Shown one piece after another: positions 24,301 to 38,000 of a DNA stretch of 64,000 nucleotides; positions within the stretch are counted from its first letter, which is position 1; each line of letters begins with the position of its first letter. Source of the stretch: Bilabrum cf. latius. Its lineage: Eukaryota. The notes under the pieces are model-generated. The model worked only from the letters and a program-made list of their open reading frames with translations, did no database searches and was not told the origin of the DNA. Location: contig OZ237735.1 of the NCBI GenBank assembly GCA_965178125.1, positions 1,426,001 to 1,490,000 on the forward strand, written 5' to 3'. The translations under genes were made by a program, and so were the position numbers.

Positions 24301-26376
24301 CTCCTGGAAGGCACCATACACTGCCTGTGTAAGCTCCAGCCCCTGCTTGGTGAGCTTCCGCTTTACCTCTTCCGTGAGCTTCAGGTGGCTTGGGTCACAC
24401 GTATCCTTGAGTCTTTGCACAGCGACTGGATCCATCCCGTTCGACTCAAGCAAGTCGAAGATCGTGGGACATGACCTTGGAGCACACACAGTCTATGTCC
24501 CCGCAGCTTCAAATGACGATACTGCGCCTTCTTCCAATAGTGATTGTACTACCTTACGTTGATACACATGCTCGATGCGTCGTCCCATCTGTCTGTCGTA
24601 CCCTGCGATTCTAAAGTGACGGGCCAGCGGCTCCACTACATCCTACAACTGCTCTTCATCACAGTGCATCGACATACCTCCATCTGATGATCCCACACGC
24701 AATGTCTCATCCCCTTTCACGTCCACTTTCGCATACACCTACACACGCAGCATGCGATCGCCCACCCCCCTCACGCGCACCGGCACATCCACGCACTCAA
24801 GCAAAGGCGTCGAAACATGCACGCTGTCCATCGCATGCACCCACCGACTCGCCGCCGCCTCCCGCTTGGCCGCCTTGGCCGCCATCCTGGAGCTCATGTA
24901 GATGCCCTGCTGGTCGAACGCGAACTTCATGAACAGACCTAGGCCCTCGTGCTCTGCCTTGATCCCGCCGGCCATGCCCCCCGCGTCCACGAACCTGATC
25001 CCAGTCGCGGCCAAGATGGTAGTCATGTCCGCCTCCGTGAAGCCCACTGGATCCACGCCCCCTGGTGCCCACAGCATGTCGACCTCTGGGAAGCCCTCCA
25101 GCGCCTTTTTGACATCTGCCTGGAACAGCCGCCCGATCCTCTCGAGCTCCTCCTTGCGCTCCTTCTGCTCGTACGGGTAGAGCGCTACTTTGCGCTTGGC
25201 GGCCTCGAAGGCGGGCTGTCGGCCAGCAGACGGATCATGACCTAGATCGCTGAAGTCATCAAGTAGATTTCCACATGAATGAAATGAATATGAGGCAATG
25301 CTGCTGGTATTAGGGTCATCATCAGCCCCAGCACCTGATACAGGGGGCTTGAACTCACGGGTGGGCAGTCCACCTAGTGCTGGGCCTGCAGATGATGACG
25401 AACTACACGTAGATCTTGCCGCTTGCCCTCGCCCGCCAACACCAACGTACTCGGCCCTACTGGTGCCAGCTGCCGACTTCTAGTTCAAGCTGCTATCTGC
25501 ATGCGAGGCGGCCAGGTCGGCGTGAGTGGACTGAGGTGTGGATGCTGCACCCCCAAAAACACTCGCTCTGGTGGCATCATCCAGGCCTAGATCTGTCAGC
25601 CTAGCCTCGAGGTCGTCCAACAGAGCCTCTTGGTAGTACCCACTTGCTCGTAAGGTATCCGCAGCCCCTGATGAAGGCCTAATCGGTGTGGAAGCCCCTT
25701 TATCAGCCAGTTGCCCTGTACCCGCCCCATACGGGCCCCGGCTGCTGACCGAGCTTCGAATACACTCATGCGTCGCTTTCCTCGCCGAGACTGGTCCTGG
25801 ATGACCGGCTGACCGTTCCCCTTGCTTGCGATCGGCCGTATCCCTCGCTTGCGACCATGCTGGCCCGTACTTTGCTGGGGCAGGTACTGATGCAGGTCTT
25901 GCATGGCTTACTTGTGAACTGCTCTTGCTTGGGACTTCCTGCCGAGCGTGCAGGTTGGCAGGAGTGGACTCAGATGTGGATGGCGCCCCTGATGGGGCAG
26001 CACCCTCAATGGTATCATCAAGGCCTAGATCTGCCAGTACAGCCTCGACGTCATCCTCCAGAGCCTCTTGCGAGTAACCATCTAGTGCCTCATTGTCGGC
26101 GATTGCTGCTGATAGCCCGCTCGCTTTCGATAGTCCTGCAGCTGCTCCACACGGATTCCAGCTGCCAACAGAGCTAACAGTAGACTTGTAGATCGCTCCA
26201 GTTGCCGAGACTGGTCCCGGGTGGTTGGCTGGACCGTCAACTTGCTTGCGACCGTCAACTTGTGTGCGACCGGCCTCAACCTTCGCTTGCGGCCTGGCGG
26301 GCCCGTACCCTACTGGGGTCGGTGCTGAAGGGCTTGCTGAGGTGTCTTTTGATTTGCTGGTATCGGAATCTGACAT
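21322..26376 (-). CDS. CLU-domain protein with C-terminal kinesin-light-chain-type 42-aa TPR array, ~1,680 aa
   Basis: Frame is open with TAG=Gln from 26376 (MSDSDT) to TGA 21322. CLU-like motifs GGIK...FMKFAFDQQGIY...AAKAAKRE, TLRVGSSDGG and DVEVH...RMVLDTHRL. About 12 repeats of the type QGKYAEAL...ERVLGKEHPDYA. Start uncertain. Confidence 0.8.
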
Positions 26377-26794
26377 CGAATCTTCGGCGCAAATGTCTGC
26401 GAAAGTGGACTCTGCAAAGGGAAAGGCTCTTGCGATCACAGCAGTATTGGGTGGACGAAAGAACCTGACATGGGCATTGATGGCTCTATCACAGCTCAAA
26501 TTCAAAACATCATACCTACAGAAACGATTCAGACAGACCAATGCTCTGAAATGAAGCTTGATACTGTCACAAGCCGACCGGAACGCATCATCAAGCTCGG
26601 ATCCTCGATTTCACACAGACGTGACACCAACTGCAAGTTTCATGCACCACTTCGAATTTATGTGCAATTCAAGCATTCATAGCAATGGCACCAGTACGAG
26701 CCTCACGACAGCAAGTAATGGCACAAGTTCGGATCTGATTTTGCAGCCCTACCTTCAAGAGTAGCACGCTACTAGCAGTAGTACATTGTACACA

Positions 26795-28827
26795 GCCCGC
26801 ACTTCGGAACTCCTGGGCAGCCCAGCCGAGAAGGCAGCCCGTATGGAGCTGTGCGGTGGGGCCACTGAACCCTGGCGCCTGGAGGTGAAGGACCTTCGGG
26901 CATGGGTGACGAGGCAGCTGGCTGGGGAGCAGCCGGCACCCACCGCATCGCAGGCGGTTATTCGTTTTCTCGAAGGTGCCGCAGGAGGGCACAACCAGAG
27001 CCATGTGACGGCACTGGCTGAGCGAGTGCAGGTGGAGAGGCTCCTCTGGGATGCCTCATCTCCGCTTGCGCACGACAGACTCGCTCCAGTCGATGCAGTC
27101 ACCAGAGAGTACGCAGGAGTGGCGCGAGCCACAATCCGCGCCGCCAGGTCCCAAGGAGCCGGGTCTTGGCTGCATGCGCCGCTCTCTGTCCTGAGCCGAG
27201 TCCAGCCTGAGGATGCCCGGGGCATGTTCTGCCAGCGTCTCGCCATCCCACAGCCGTGCAGCTGTCCCCCACAACCTCTTGGGGCAACGCACGGTGCATG
27301 TGGGGAGGCGTGGCGCGTCACGCAGATCTGCCCGGGGTGCCGGAAGCAGGGCAAGGTAGTCGAACTGATCTAGTCAGTTCGCCACGGTGCCACGTGCAAG
27401 GACAAGCGTGTCTGCGGAGGCCTTCCAGGCCGCAGGCACTTCCGGGTGCTCAACGTGCTCGAGCAGGTGGTCCGCGAGGCCACGGGCAGACGCCCTATCC
27501 GGGAGCCAGAGGGCCAAGTGGCCCGGCTGCCGGGTCGGCGCGGTCCGCTCGTGCCACGAGGCGACCTATTCTTTGAGCACGAGGGGACGGCTTATCTCAT
27601 CGATGTCACGGTGGTTGATTCCACTGCGGCAACTTACCGGTGGGACCGCTCGTCGTGGAGGATTGGCAGCGACTGGCAAGAGGGGTCTGCTCTGCGGGCC
27701 GCGCATGCCACGAAGCTGGCCAGCTACGGCAGGCCCGTCGACCTCGGAGCGCTCGGCGTCCGGATCGGAGGAGAAGACAAGTGGTGTCCTGGGACCGTGA
27801 GGACGCAGAAAGGGGCGGTACGCAGTGGCGTGCGGGTCGTACCCTTTGTGGTGGACGTGTTGGGGGGGATCGGGGAGAAGTCGGTCGAGTTCCTGTAGGT
27901 GCTCGATAAGCTGCGGAAGAAGAGGCAGGAGGACAAAGGGCGGCGGGTTCCGACTCGTCCGGCCAACGCGCGCCTCTCGTGGTCTTCCGTGGCAAAGGCT
28001 CGCCTCTCCGTTGCCGCCTAGCACCAGCACGTGCGCGGGGAACAGCGTGTGTACCACACTATGTACTCACGGGTCATGCAGGACCACTCAAGGATCCTCG
28101 ATTTTGTCTCGAAGGGATCGAGGAGGGCTGCAGCGAAGGCCAAACGGGCGCTCGCAAGGGCGATCCGAGAGGACTTTGCCAGCCTGGCTGTAGGGGCAGC
28201 CGAAAACAACAACCTCGCCGTGGCGATCGCCAACGTCAAGGCAGGGTTGGCTCAGAACGGGCAGCAGGACGGGGTGCCGGCAGCGGGCGCCGGAGGGAAC
28301 GTGAATGCTGACGCTCCCCATGGGGAAATGGGTCCCCAGGGTGGAGCTTAGGTGGTTTAGGCCATTGCAGCTGAAGCGTGAAGTCTGGTAGGTCCCGGGC
28401 CCTCGTTCCAGATGTTTCTTCGTGATAGCGTGCGCTTTTGAGTTGAGTCCACAAAATATCAGATCCCCCCCATTGTACACACCGTGAGACGCAGAGACGG
28501 TCATGGAGGAGGAAATGGTGGGTCCCGGCAGGGGACCCTGATGTGGGACTGGACCGCGCTTTGTGCCGGGCACATGCTCCGCACCTGTATGCTTTCTCCC
28601 TGTGAAGGCATCAGGCTGAGGGCTTGTGGGGGACCACATTGATGGCGAATAAAGGGGACTCGGCGGTGTAGGCTGAGATTGGGGGGCCTTTGGCCTGAAA
28701 GGGTCGGGGGTCTTGTAGTCCTTGTTTGAGGACTCCTCTGGATTCAGGTGATCACTCGAACTCCTTCGGGGGCAACGGTGCATCTGGGTGCTTGTGGAAT
28801 CTTTACCCAACAATGTATTTCTGTATT
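26795..28827 (+). mobile_element. 5'-truncated CRE/SLACS-type non-LTR retrotransposon (zinc knuckle + restriction-like endonuclease; RT missing)
   Basis: Frame is open from ~26795 to TGA 28379-28381 with TAG read through. Motifs: GAGSWLHAP, CPGC..HGATC, RH, REP, RGD, IDVTVVDS, K..Y, VPFVVDVLGGIGEKSVEFL, RLSVAA*H. Followed by a ~450-nt hairpin-rich tail. TTGTACACA flanks at 26786-26794 and 28828-28836. The 3' boundary is uncertain. Confidence 0.8.
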
Positions 28828-29065
28828 TTGTACACACTAAGTACAACGAGATGGGGGATGGGGCTCGACTGACCGACTGGGTACACTATCCACTTCGATG
28901 AATCGATACACTTCATACTGCATCCAGCCCATAGCAGGGAAGAGGCCGCCAGGCCTGCCAGTGCCCAGCGCAAACCCAGGGCCAAGGCGGACAGGGACGC
29001 CAGGCGCATCCAGCTCTAGGCACAGCTGGCGAATCGAAATCCAAGTGAAGCACATGGAATCCACT

Positions 29066-32000
29066 TTACAATGAGAAGCCCTGCCGCGCCTCTGCCAGCT
29101 CATCCTCATCCGGCTGAGACGCCATGTCGCTCCCCAGCTCGCTCCAGTGCCCCCGCACACTGCCATCACCCCCATCATCCTCGTCCCCTCCTACACTCTG
29201 TCGGTCGAGGTCATACTGGCCACCCCTGCCTCCCCCTTGCACCTGCTCACCGATCAGCTCGTCCATCATGGACTCCCCTGCCTCCTCGATCCTCACCGCG
29301 CCATCCACATCCCCGCTGCCAATGAACCTCCCAGCCTGGCGATGCGCTTGTTCCCCGAAAGAGGCAGCACTCGCAGCGAGTGTCCCGTCAGCACGACCCG
29401 CGATGGGAGACAGGCCGATCTTGCCCAAGCTGGGCGGGGGCACTGGGAGGTCCCCGGCATCACCGATTGACGAGGCATCAGCATCCCTCGCAGCACGCAC
29501 AGGACCACGGCCAGCAGCGGAAGCACCCGCCTTCATCGACTGTGCGAGCCTCCAGTCAGGGTCCTATGTGTGCAAGTCCTACTCCGCATCATCGCCACGG
29601 TCCATGGGCAGCACGTCTCGCGATCGACGTAATGATCGAGGAACACTGTCCACTGCAGCCTGCGTGCCGCCTGACAACCCACCATCACCACCACCGTTGC
29701 TGCTGCTGCCGCCTGCCTTCCTGCCATCATCCTGCGCATCATGGTCCCCAAACAGCGCACTCGATTCATCTGCAGCCATAGCAAGCTCGCGAGCCGCAGC
29801 CGCGAAAGCTTCAGCCGCTCTCACATCCTCATCGGTGTGACCCGACGCCGCCCCCCTGCTGCCCCCACCACCGCTCGTCCCCGATCGCCCCGTGCCCCAA
29901 GTATCCCTTGATCGCGTCTCATCGTGCGGGGCCGCACCCGCAGCCGCCCTCCGCAGCTGCCTGGCCGCCCCACCGCTCCCCGAGAGTGCCTAGTCTGCCT
30001 CGATCGCCGACCTGAGCTCCAGCACGCTGCGATTCAGCTGTGACCGAGAGTGTGCGTGTGAAACACCACTGCCACCGCTGCCACCAGGCCGTTGGCCGCT
30101 GGATGCCAGAGTATGCGGATCATGGACCGTCTTGGTACTCACCTTGCCCTACGCATCCACACTGCCGTGCTGATTTCCGCTCTCCAGCTGAGCCAGAGCG
30201 GCGCGTGACATGCGCAGCGCCACAGAGGCCCTCCCTACAGCAGCTTTCAGCTTCTTTTCCCAGTCGCCGTGAGCCTTTTGCAGCATGCGAGCTGCTCGCA
30301 ACAGGTCAGATCTAGACTTCTCCGCCCGATCCAGGGCGGCTTTATTGGAGGTCAATGGAAGCCCCTGCTGCTGGATTGCGGTCAGGCTCTGCCTCGCCTG
30401 CTGCATGCGCCTATCAGAGGCCAATAGGTCTTTGCGAAGCGCCTCTAGCTCCGTCAGGCTGTCAGTGGCTCGCTGGGCCCACGCAGGCGCAGTCTTGCCA
30501 GGGCTCGATGCCAGCGCGGGGTTGCTGAGAGCGGTCCTGAGCAGCTACCTGAGACCTGCGGCCAATGACGTCACCCTTCTCTCCCCAGCATTGCGGGCAT
30601 CGGCCAGACCCTGCATTGCCTGGTCGGCCGACCGATCGAGCTTCTGGATGCGTTCGATTCGTTGGGAGCCAATTGCTGTGGCCGGCTTGCTGGCAGCTGT
30701 GGGTATGCTGTCGCTCTTTGGCTTCGACACTTTCCCACTCGGACGGTCGGGTCGGCTTGGTCCCGCCACGGCTGCAGCCTGCTTGCCTGCAGACTGCGGG
30801 GCGCTACCACTACTTTCCTGCTAGCCTTGCCCTGTTGACCTCCGATTCTTCGGCCTTGCCTCGGCTGCCCGCTTGGCGCCGCTCTTGGTGCCAACAGGAG
30901 GCTTGCCGGCAATTGGTCTCGAATTGCTCCTAACTTTCGGAATCTCCACGGATCTTGAAGTCGCTGGTAGCTGCTTCCGGTACATTTTTGCCATCGCCGG
31001 AGCGGCAGCCGACCGCCGGGCGTTCGGCTTGCCACCAGCGGTCGCCTTCTTTACTCCAGCTTTGGCCTGCTTGCGGGGCCCCGACCCAATCGGGTCTGCG
31101 CGCTGCGGCGATGCTGCCTGAGTTGGGGCAGGCGGCCGTTCTGCACTGTGCGGCTCCTTGTCCAAGCTGCGGGCCTTGCTTCCCGCATCAGCTTGCGAGC
31201 CATGCTATGCGGTTCCAGCTGATTGCTGCGACGCTCTGTGTGGCTCTCCTGCGCCGCCCTCTTGTGTCCCAGAGCTGCGCCGCTCCGAGGGGGCAGAGGC
31301 TACAGAAGCAGGCGCGCCGGGGGTGGCTCCAAACCGGCTGAATATCTCCTGCTGCCTAGACATCTGCTCTTCCTTGGCCTCCAAGGAGCCCTCCAGCCTC
31401 GCCAGCTGCACCTCCTTCTCGCCGAGCTGCTTGGCGCGGGAGTCCAGCTGAGCCGCTTTGTCTTCGAGCACCTTTGACTTGCTCTATAGCTGCGCCTGTT
31501 CCTGTTTCAGCTGGTCTTCCAGTCTGTGCACGGCATTCATCTGCTGCCGCGCCTCCTCGCTGGTCTGCCGCTGCCTCATCTCTTGCTCGTCCAGTGCCAG
31601 CCTCCGAGCCTCAAGCTCCTTCTCGCGCTTGCGCAGCTCTTCTTGGGCTTGCTTCGTGGACGCCCCTGCCTGGTCGTTGGCCTGCTTCGCTTGCTGCTAA
31701 ATCTCGTGTTCCCTAGCGCTGAGCTCCTGCTCTTTCCGCTCGCACGCATCCAGCCGCTTCGCCACGTCCTGAGCCTGCGACCGCAGCAGATCCACCGCCC
31801 GCATCGACTTTGCCCTGGTGTCCTCCCGCGAGGCAGCGACCTCGCGCCTCTCTTTCTCGGCTTCATCCCTAGCCTACTTCGCACTCGTCAGGTGAGTCTG
31901 GGCCTGCTGCTCGAGATCTCTAGCTTTTGTCTCCACCTCAGCAGCTGCCTGCTCCCGCTCTCCAACCTGCTGCTCCCGATGCTACAGCGCCTCGATTTGA

Positions 32001-35000
32001 TCGTCCAGCGCCTTGGTCCTTTGCTAGAGCTCAGTGCGCTCCTGTTCAATATTTTGCTGCGCCTCAAGCACCTCTTGCAGCTCTGAGCTGCTCTGGGCGC
32101 GGGCTGCCTGGGCTTGCTCTCGCATACGGTTCACCTCCTCCTTGGCTTGCTCCATCGCATCTTGAGCTAGTCGCAGGTTCTTCTCGGCATTCTCTCGCTG
32201 CGATTGCTCGTGCTTTGCGGTCTCTTCTGCCTCCTTGGCGCTTCCTTGGGCCTTGTGTAGGGCTTCCTCCAGGCTGCTGACGCGGTCCTCTGCGCCTGCC
32301 AGCTGCCTGCGTGCTTCCTACAGCTCACCGACGCGCAGCCCCTCTCGCTTCCTCGCGGTCTTCACCGCGTCGGCCAGGCGAAGCACCTCTGCCCGTGCCC
32401 TCGAGGCCTTGAGAGCCGCCCTGGCGCTCGCCCTGATGATGGCTGCGTTTGCTCTCGCGCTGTTGGCGGCCTCGGCTTGCAGCGAGGTTGACCTCTCTCT
32501 CGAGGCCGGTGACGTGGCATCGCGAGTGGGACCACTGCCGCCCGTGTCATCGTCGTCGCTGTCACCGTCCAGCTCGAGCTCATCATCCGACACGTCCGGG
32601 GTGGCAAGCGAGTTCGTGGCAGACCGCGCGTCGCGCACCAGCCGCTAAAGCTCCCTCGACGCCTGCGCGATCGTGTCTGCGGCCTCCTCCGAGCTGGCAG
32701 CAGAGGCCTCCAGCGCCCTCTCGAGCTCTTGTTCCCTGGCCTTCAATGCCTGCTCCTTTCTGGCAGCGGCCTCCTCGCGGGCGAAGACTTGCGTGCGGAG
32801 CTGCTCGGCCTCATCGGCCGCGCGTTGCCTTGCTTCGGCTGCCATCTGAGCGGACTCGGCGGCCTTGCCAGTCAGGGCCTGCTCGGCCTCCTTGGCTGCC
32901 TGCTCTGCCTGTGCCGCGCGGCGCCCAGCATCCTCTGCTTCTTGCCTCGCGCTCATCGCCTCGCTCCTCGCAAGTTGCACCGCCCGCCGCTCTGCCGCTA
33001 GCCTGTGCGCTTCCTGCGCCGTGCGCGCCTCGCTCTCTGCAAGCGCGCGTCGGAGCACTTCTGCCTCGCGCTCTAGTGCCCTCACGCTCGCCTTGGCGCG
33101 CTGCACCTGCCGCTTGAGGGCGCGCAGCTCGGCGCTCGACGGCTGGCCTTCCCGGCCGACAGCATGCCCGCTGGCGGTCTATGACAGGCCCAGCACGGCA
33201 GCGGCTGCCGGTGACTGCGGCGACCTAGAGGCCCCGCCCGGCCGGTCCTTGGGTTTGGCTGCCATTGCTGTGGACTCGCGCATGACCTCTGGATCCACGG
33301 CCATCGTGCCCCGCATGGATGCTCGGAGGGTCTCTGCGGGCGGAGGCTCGCTGACGTGTGACAGCCTCGAGTGATCGCCATCCTCCTCCGAGCCAAAGCT
33401 TCTGCCGCTACCAGAGACACCTCGCCCCTTGGCATCGCCCCGCTTGAGCCGTCCCAGCGACTCCTGCATCTCGGCCTGCGAGACCACCCGATCCAGGGCC
33501 GCCCCCTCTAGCCTCTCCAGCCGCGCCCTCGCCCTGTCCAGTTGCTCCCTGGCCTCGTCCAGGGCGGCTCGCTCCTCGCGTAGGGCCTGGTGCTCCGCGG
33601 CAATGGTGTGACGAGCGCGCGCCACGGACGTTGGGTCCTTCGCGTCAAAGGGCACTCCTGCCACGCCAGAATGGCCCAGGGTCGCCTTTGACCTGCCATC
33701 CAGACCGTCTGTTTCCTTCACCGGCATGGTGAGCAGGGACTGCGAAAGCTTATCCTTGCCCAATGCTAGGTCATCCTCCATAGCACCTCCTGCATCTCGC
33801 GCCTCGAGGATCGCCTCTTGTTCCCTGAGTCCCCTCTCGGCCATCTCCAGGCGGTGCTTGGCCAGGCTCAGCTCGCCCTCCCTGCTCCGGACCGCCTCCA
33901 GCCGGTTGTCCACGTCCTCCTGCTGCTCCCTCACGATCTCCCACGCGCGCTCTGCCTCCTCCAGTCGACCCCTCGCCGCCCGTGCCTGCTCCTGCGCCTT
34001 GGCAGTCTCCCCCCGCGCCTGCACGAGAGCCGAAAGCAGCTTCTACGCCTGCTTCCGCAGTTTTGTGGCCCTGCTGTCCTGCTGCCTACGAGCGGCGCCC
34101 ACCTCCTGCAGCGCCCGGTCAGCGTCTTCCTTCGCGATATCAGCCCGCCTGCGAGCCGCCTCCGCCTCCAGCTCGGCCCTTGATACTCTCCTCTCCGCCT
34201 CGAGCCGGACCTGCTCGGCCTACCTGCGCTCCTGCTTGGCCGCTTCCTCCTGCGCTGTGGCGGCATCTACCTTCCGCGAGGCCTCCCGCTCCGCCGCGGC
34301 CGCCCTCTCCAGCGCCGCCTCCTGCCCCGCTGCGTAGCTCCTTGCCTCCTCCCTGGCCCTCGATGCCTCTGCCACGGCGGCGTCCCTCTCCTTCCGAGCC
34401 TCCTCGCGGTCCCTCTTGGCTTCCTCGAGAGCGCGTGCCGCCTGCGCCCGGCGCTCCTCCGCCTCCTCCGTGCCCAGCCTGGCCCGGGACAGGGCCGCGT
34501 CCGCCGCCTCCTGCTTCTTCCTGATGTCGTTCTCCCTCCGATCCAGGATCTCCTGCTGCTCCTTGACGTGCCTGTGCAGCTCCTCCACCTCGGTGAGACG
34601 AGTCTGTGCCTCCCTCGCGGCCGACTGTACCCTTTCTTTGGCTTCTTCTTTCCTCTGCTTGAGACGTTCCTCCCCGCGCCTGGCAGACTCCCTGGATCGC
34701 TGAGCCTCCCTGAGCTCCTCTGCCGCACGGCGAGACGCGGCCTCCGCCTCGTCCTGCTTGGCCTCGGCCTCCTCCAGGGCCTTCCTCAGCTGATGTTCCC
34801 TGGCCTCCAACCGAGCCCGCCTGTCCTTGAGCTGCTCCCGCTCGTGCTCGACCCTCTCCTCGGCCAGCTCCTTCTCGTGGTTCGCCCGCCGGGCCGCGGC
34901 GCGGGCCTGCTCCGCCTCGGCCTCGGCCTCCTGCAGCCTGGCTTGCGCGTCCCTGGCCACCGCCGCTGCAGCCGCCTCGGTCCGTTCCGCCGCCCCTTTG

Positions 35001-38000
35001 CTCTCGGTGAGGGCGCTGGCCCACTTGCGGCGCTCCTCCTCAAGGGCCTGCCTCGCCGACCGGATCCTCTGCTCCGCCTCCTCGGCGTGCCGGTTGGCGG
35101 CATCGGCGGCTTCCTCCTTTCGAGATGCGTCCTGCAGCTGCTGCGACACGTGAGCCGCCCGCTCCTCTAGCGCACTCGCGAGTTCGTCTGTCTTTTGCCG
35201 CTGCCGCTCCACCTCCGTGCGCTCCTCTCGAGCCCGTCGCTCTGCAGCCTCGGCTTCCCTGAGCCTGCGCCCGGCCTCCTGCACTCGCTCGTCAGACTCT
35301 TTCTAGCGCGCCTCGAGCTCGCTCGACCGCTCCTCCAGCGCGGCCTGCTGCTTTTGCAGCTGCTACTCTGCCTCCCTACTGCGCTCTCCGAATGCCTGCT
35401 GCCTTGCCTCCGCCCTATCCTGCTCCGCCCGCAGCGCTTCACGCTCCTGCCCGAGGCTTTCCCTGGCCTCCCGCAGACGCTCCTGCTCCCGCTGCAGTTC
35501 CTCCCGCAGGCCCTGCAGCCGCTGATCCAGCCCGCCCAGCTCGGCCCGCTGCTGCACCGCCTCGTCTCTGGCCTTTCTGGCCTGCTCGTCCGCCTTGCTG
35601 ACCCGCTCCTCTGCCTCCGCAGCAGCCTTCTCCCGCGCCTCTACCGCTGCCTCCCTTCTCTTTAGGTTCCCCAGAGCAGCGACCGTCTTGTCCCTGGCCT
35701 GCCTTCCCGTGGCCTCCACGGCCTGTCGCCGGCGCTCCAGCTCTCCCTCTTCTTCCCTGGCCTGGTTCACCCGACGCTGCAGCTCGGCCTCCTGCTGCTT
35801 GAGCCCCTCCTCCGTCTCCTGCAGCTCCTCGCTCCTGCGCTCCACCTCGCCCTGCATCGACTCGAGCTCTGCCTGCGCCCGATCCAGGGCCTCTTGCTGC
35901 CGCGTGCAGTGTGCCTCAAGGCCCTCCACTGCCTCTTCCCTCTCCTGCAGGCTGCTAGCCCGCTTGGCGATGGACTCCTTGTCCGCCTCCAGGTCCCTCC
36001 GATCCGCTGCAAGGTCGGCCTCGCGGCCCTCCAGTGCCTCCCTGGCCTGGGTCAAGGCCCTGTCCGCATCCTCCTGGTCCTGCTGAAAGGACCTCCGCTC
36101 GTCCTGCAGCTCCTGCCTGGCGGCCTCAGCGTCTGTGCGAGCCTGCTTTGCCTCGGCGGCGGCGGCTTCGTGCTTGCTCGCGGCCTGCTCCAGGCCTTTC
36201 TCTCGCTCGGCCAGCTTCTCCTCTTGTTCCCTAAGCTTGGTGGCCCTCGCCTGAGCCAGTTCCTTCTGTCTCTTGGCGCTGTCCCTGGCCCGCTGCAGCT
36301 GACGGAGGGTCTGCTCCGCCTAGGTCTCCGCCCTGTCGGCAGCAGACAGCTTCTCCTCGGCCTCGCGCTTGGCCCGCCGCAGACCCTCCAGCTCTCGCTG
36401 GCCCTCACGCAGCGCTTGTTCCCTGGAACGGAGGTCCTTCTCGCGGACGCGAGCGTTGGCGCTGGCCTCCACCAGCTTGCGCTCCGCTTCTGCCAGGGCA
36501 CCCTCCCGCTGCTTGATGGTAGCCTCGCTGGAGGACAGCTCGGCCGATCGCCTCTCGAGATCGGTGGACTGTCGCCTCGCAGCCTCTAGGGCCTCGTCGG
36601 CTTCACGCTGTGCCCGGCGCGCCGCGGCCTCGGCCTCCTCCACTGCGGTCTCCTTGGCCTTGAGCTCTGCTTCCCTGCGGTGCAGCGCGGCCTGTGCGTC
36701 CTTGATCTGCCTCGAGAGCTCCTCCTTCTTGCGCTTGAGTCGGTCCTCCCTGGCCTTGGTCTCTGCCCTGGCTTCCTCTGCCCTGCGCTGGGAAGAGGCC
36801 GTCTGCTCCTCCAGCCGCCTTGAGAGATCCTCCAGCTGCGTCCTGGCGGAGGACTGCTTTTCCCTCTCGGCCTCCACCTCCCGCCGGGCGGCATCCAGCT
36901 CCTCACGGGCCTTGCCGTTCTCTTCCTCCTACCGGGCGCACGCGGCCTCCCTGTCCGACAGCGCGCGGCCGGCGCTCTCCGTGGCCTCGCTTGACCGCTG
37001 CTCCAGCTCCCGGGCCTCGTCGGTCGCGCGCTCGGCGTCTTGTCGCTCCCTCTGTGCCTAGGCGAATGCCTCTTCGGCTGCGCGCTGCTGCTCCTCCGCG
37101 GCCCGCTTGGCGGTCTTGAGCTCCTCCCGAGCGGCCCGTCGGCGGGTCTGGAGCTCTTTCTGCGCTTCCTTCGCCTTTTCAGCGGCGTCGTGCGCCTCCC
37201 TTCGGGCCCTCTCCGCGCCTGCCTCCGACTCCCTGGCCGCCCGCTCCCTCTGCTCCGCCGCCCGCTCTGCCTCGCCTGCGTCTCGCTGCTGGTCGTGAAG
37301 CGCCTGTCTCTCGGCCTTGAGGGACGCCTCCCTCTCCTGCAGCACCACTGTGCTCTCCTCCATGGCCTACCTCTGGGCCGCGAGATCCTGCGCCCTGCCG
37401 TCCAATTCTCTGGCTCGGGCCTGCAGCGCCGCCTCCCTTTCTTCCAAGCGGGCCCTGAGCTGATCTGCCTCCTCCTTGGCCCTGACCCCGGCCTCGGCCT
37501 CGCCCTGGGCGGCTTCCACACCGCGGGCGGCGTCCTCAAGCTCCCTCTCCCTCAGCGCACATGCCCTCTCCCTCTCCTCTACCGCGTCCGTTTCCTTCTT
37601 TTTGTCCGCCTCGAAGGCCTCTTTCTCCTCCCTTAGCCTGGCCTTCAGCTTGGCGTGCTCAGTGTCGATTTCCCTCGCCCGTCGCTCCACCTGCTCGGCG
37701 TCAAGCTCCACGGCCCGCGCCCGGCCCTCCAGCTCGTCTGCCTGCCCCGCCGTCCTGCGCCTGTCCGCCTCGAGCTCCTCTCTCTGCCGCTTGAGGTCCC
37801 GGGACAGTTCGTCCAATTCCTTCTGCTTGGAATCGGTGCGTGCCTCCAGTGCCGCTAGCCTCTGCGCCTCCTTGGAGTTGCGCTCCCTGGCTTCATCCAG
37901 CTGCTTCTGCAGGGCGTCTGCTGCCTGCCGCGTGGCCTGCGCCTGCTCCAATGCGTCCTGCGCCTGCCTCTCCCTGTGCTCCGCGTCAGATTGCCTCTTC

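Noticed and set aside
30038-30142. Possible GTGAGT..CAG intron in the coiled-coil gene
   Set aside because: It is 105 nt, in frame and stop-free, so it is not required and cannot be decided without cDNA.
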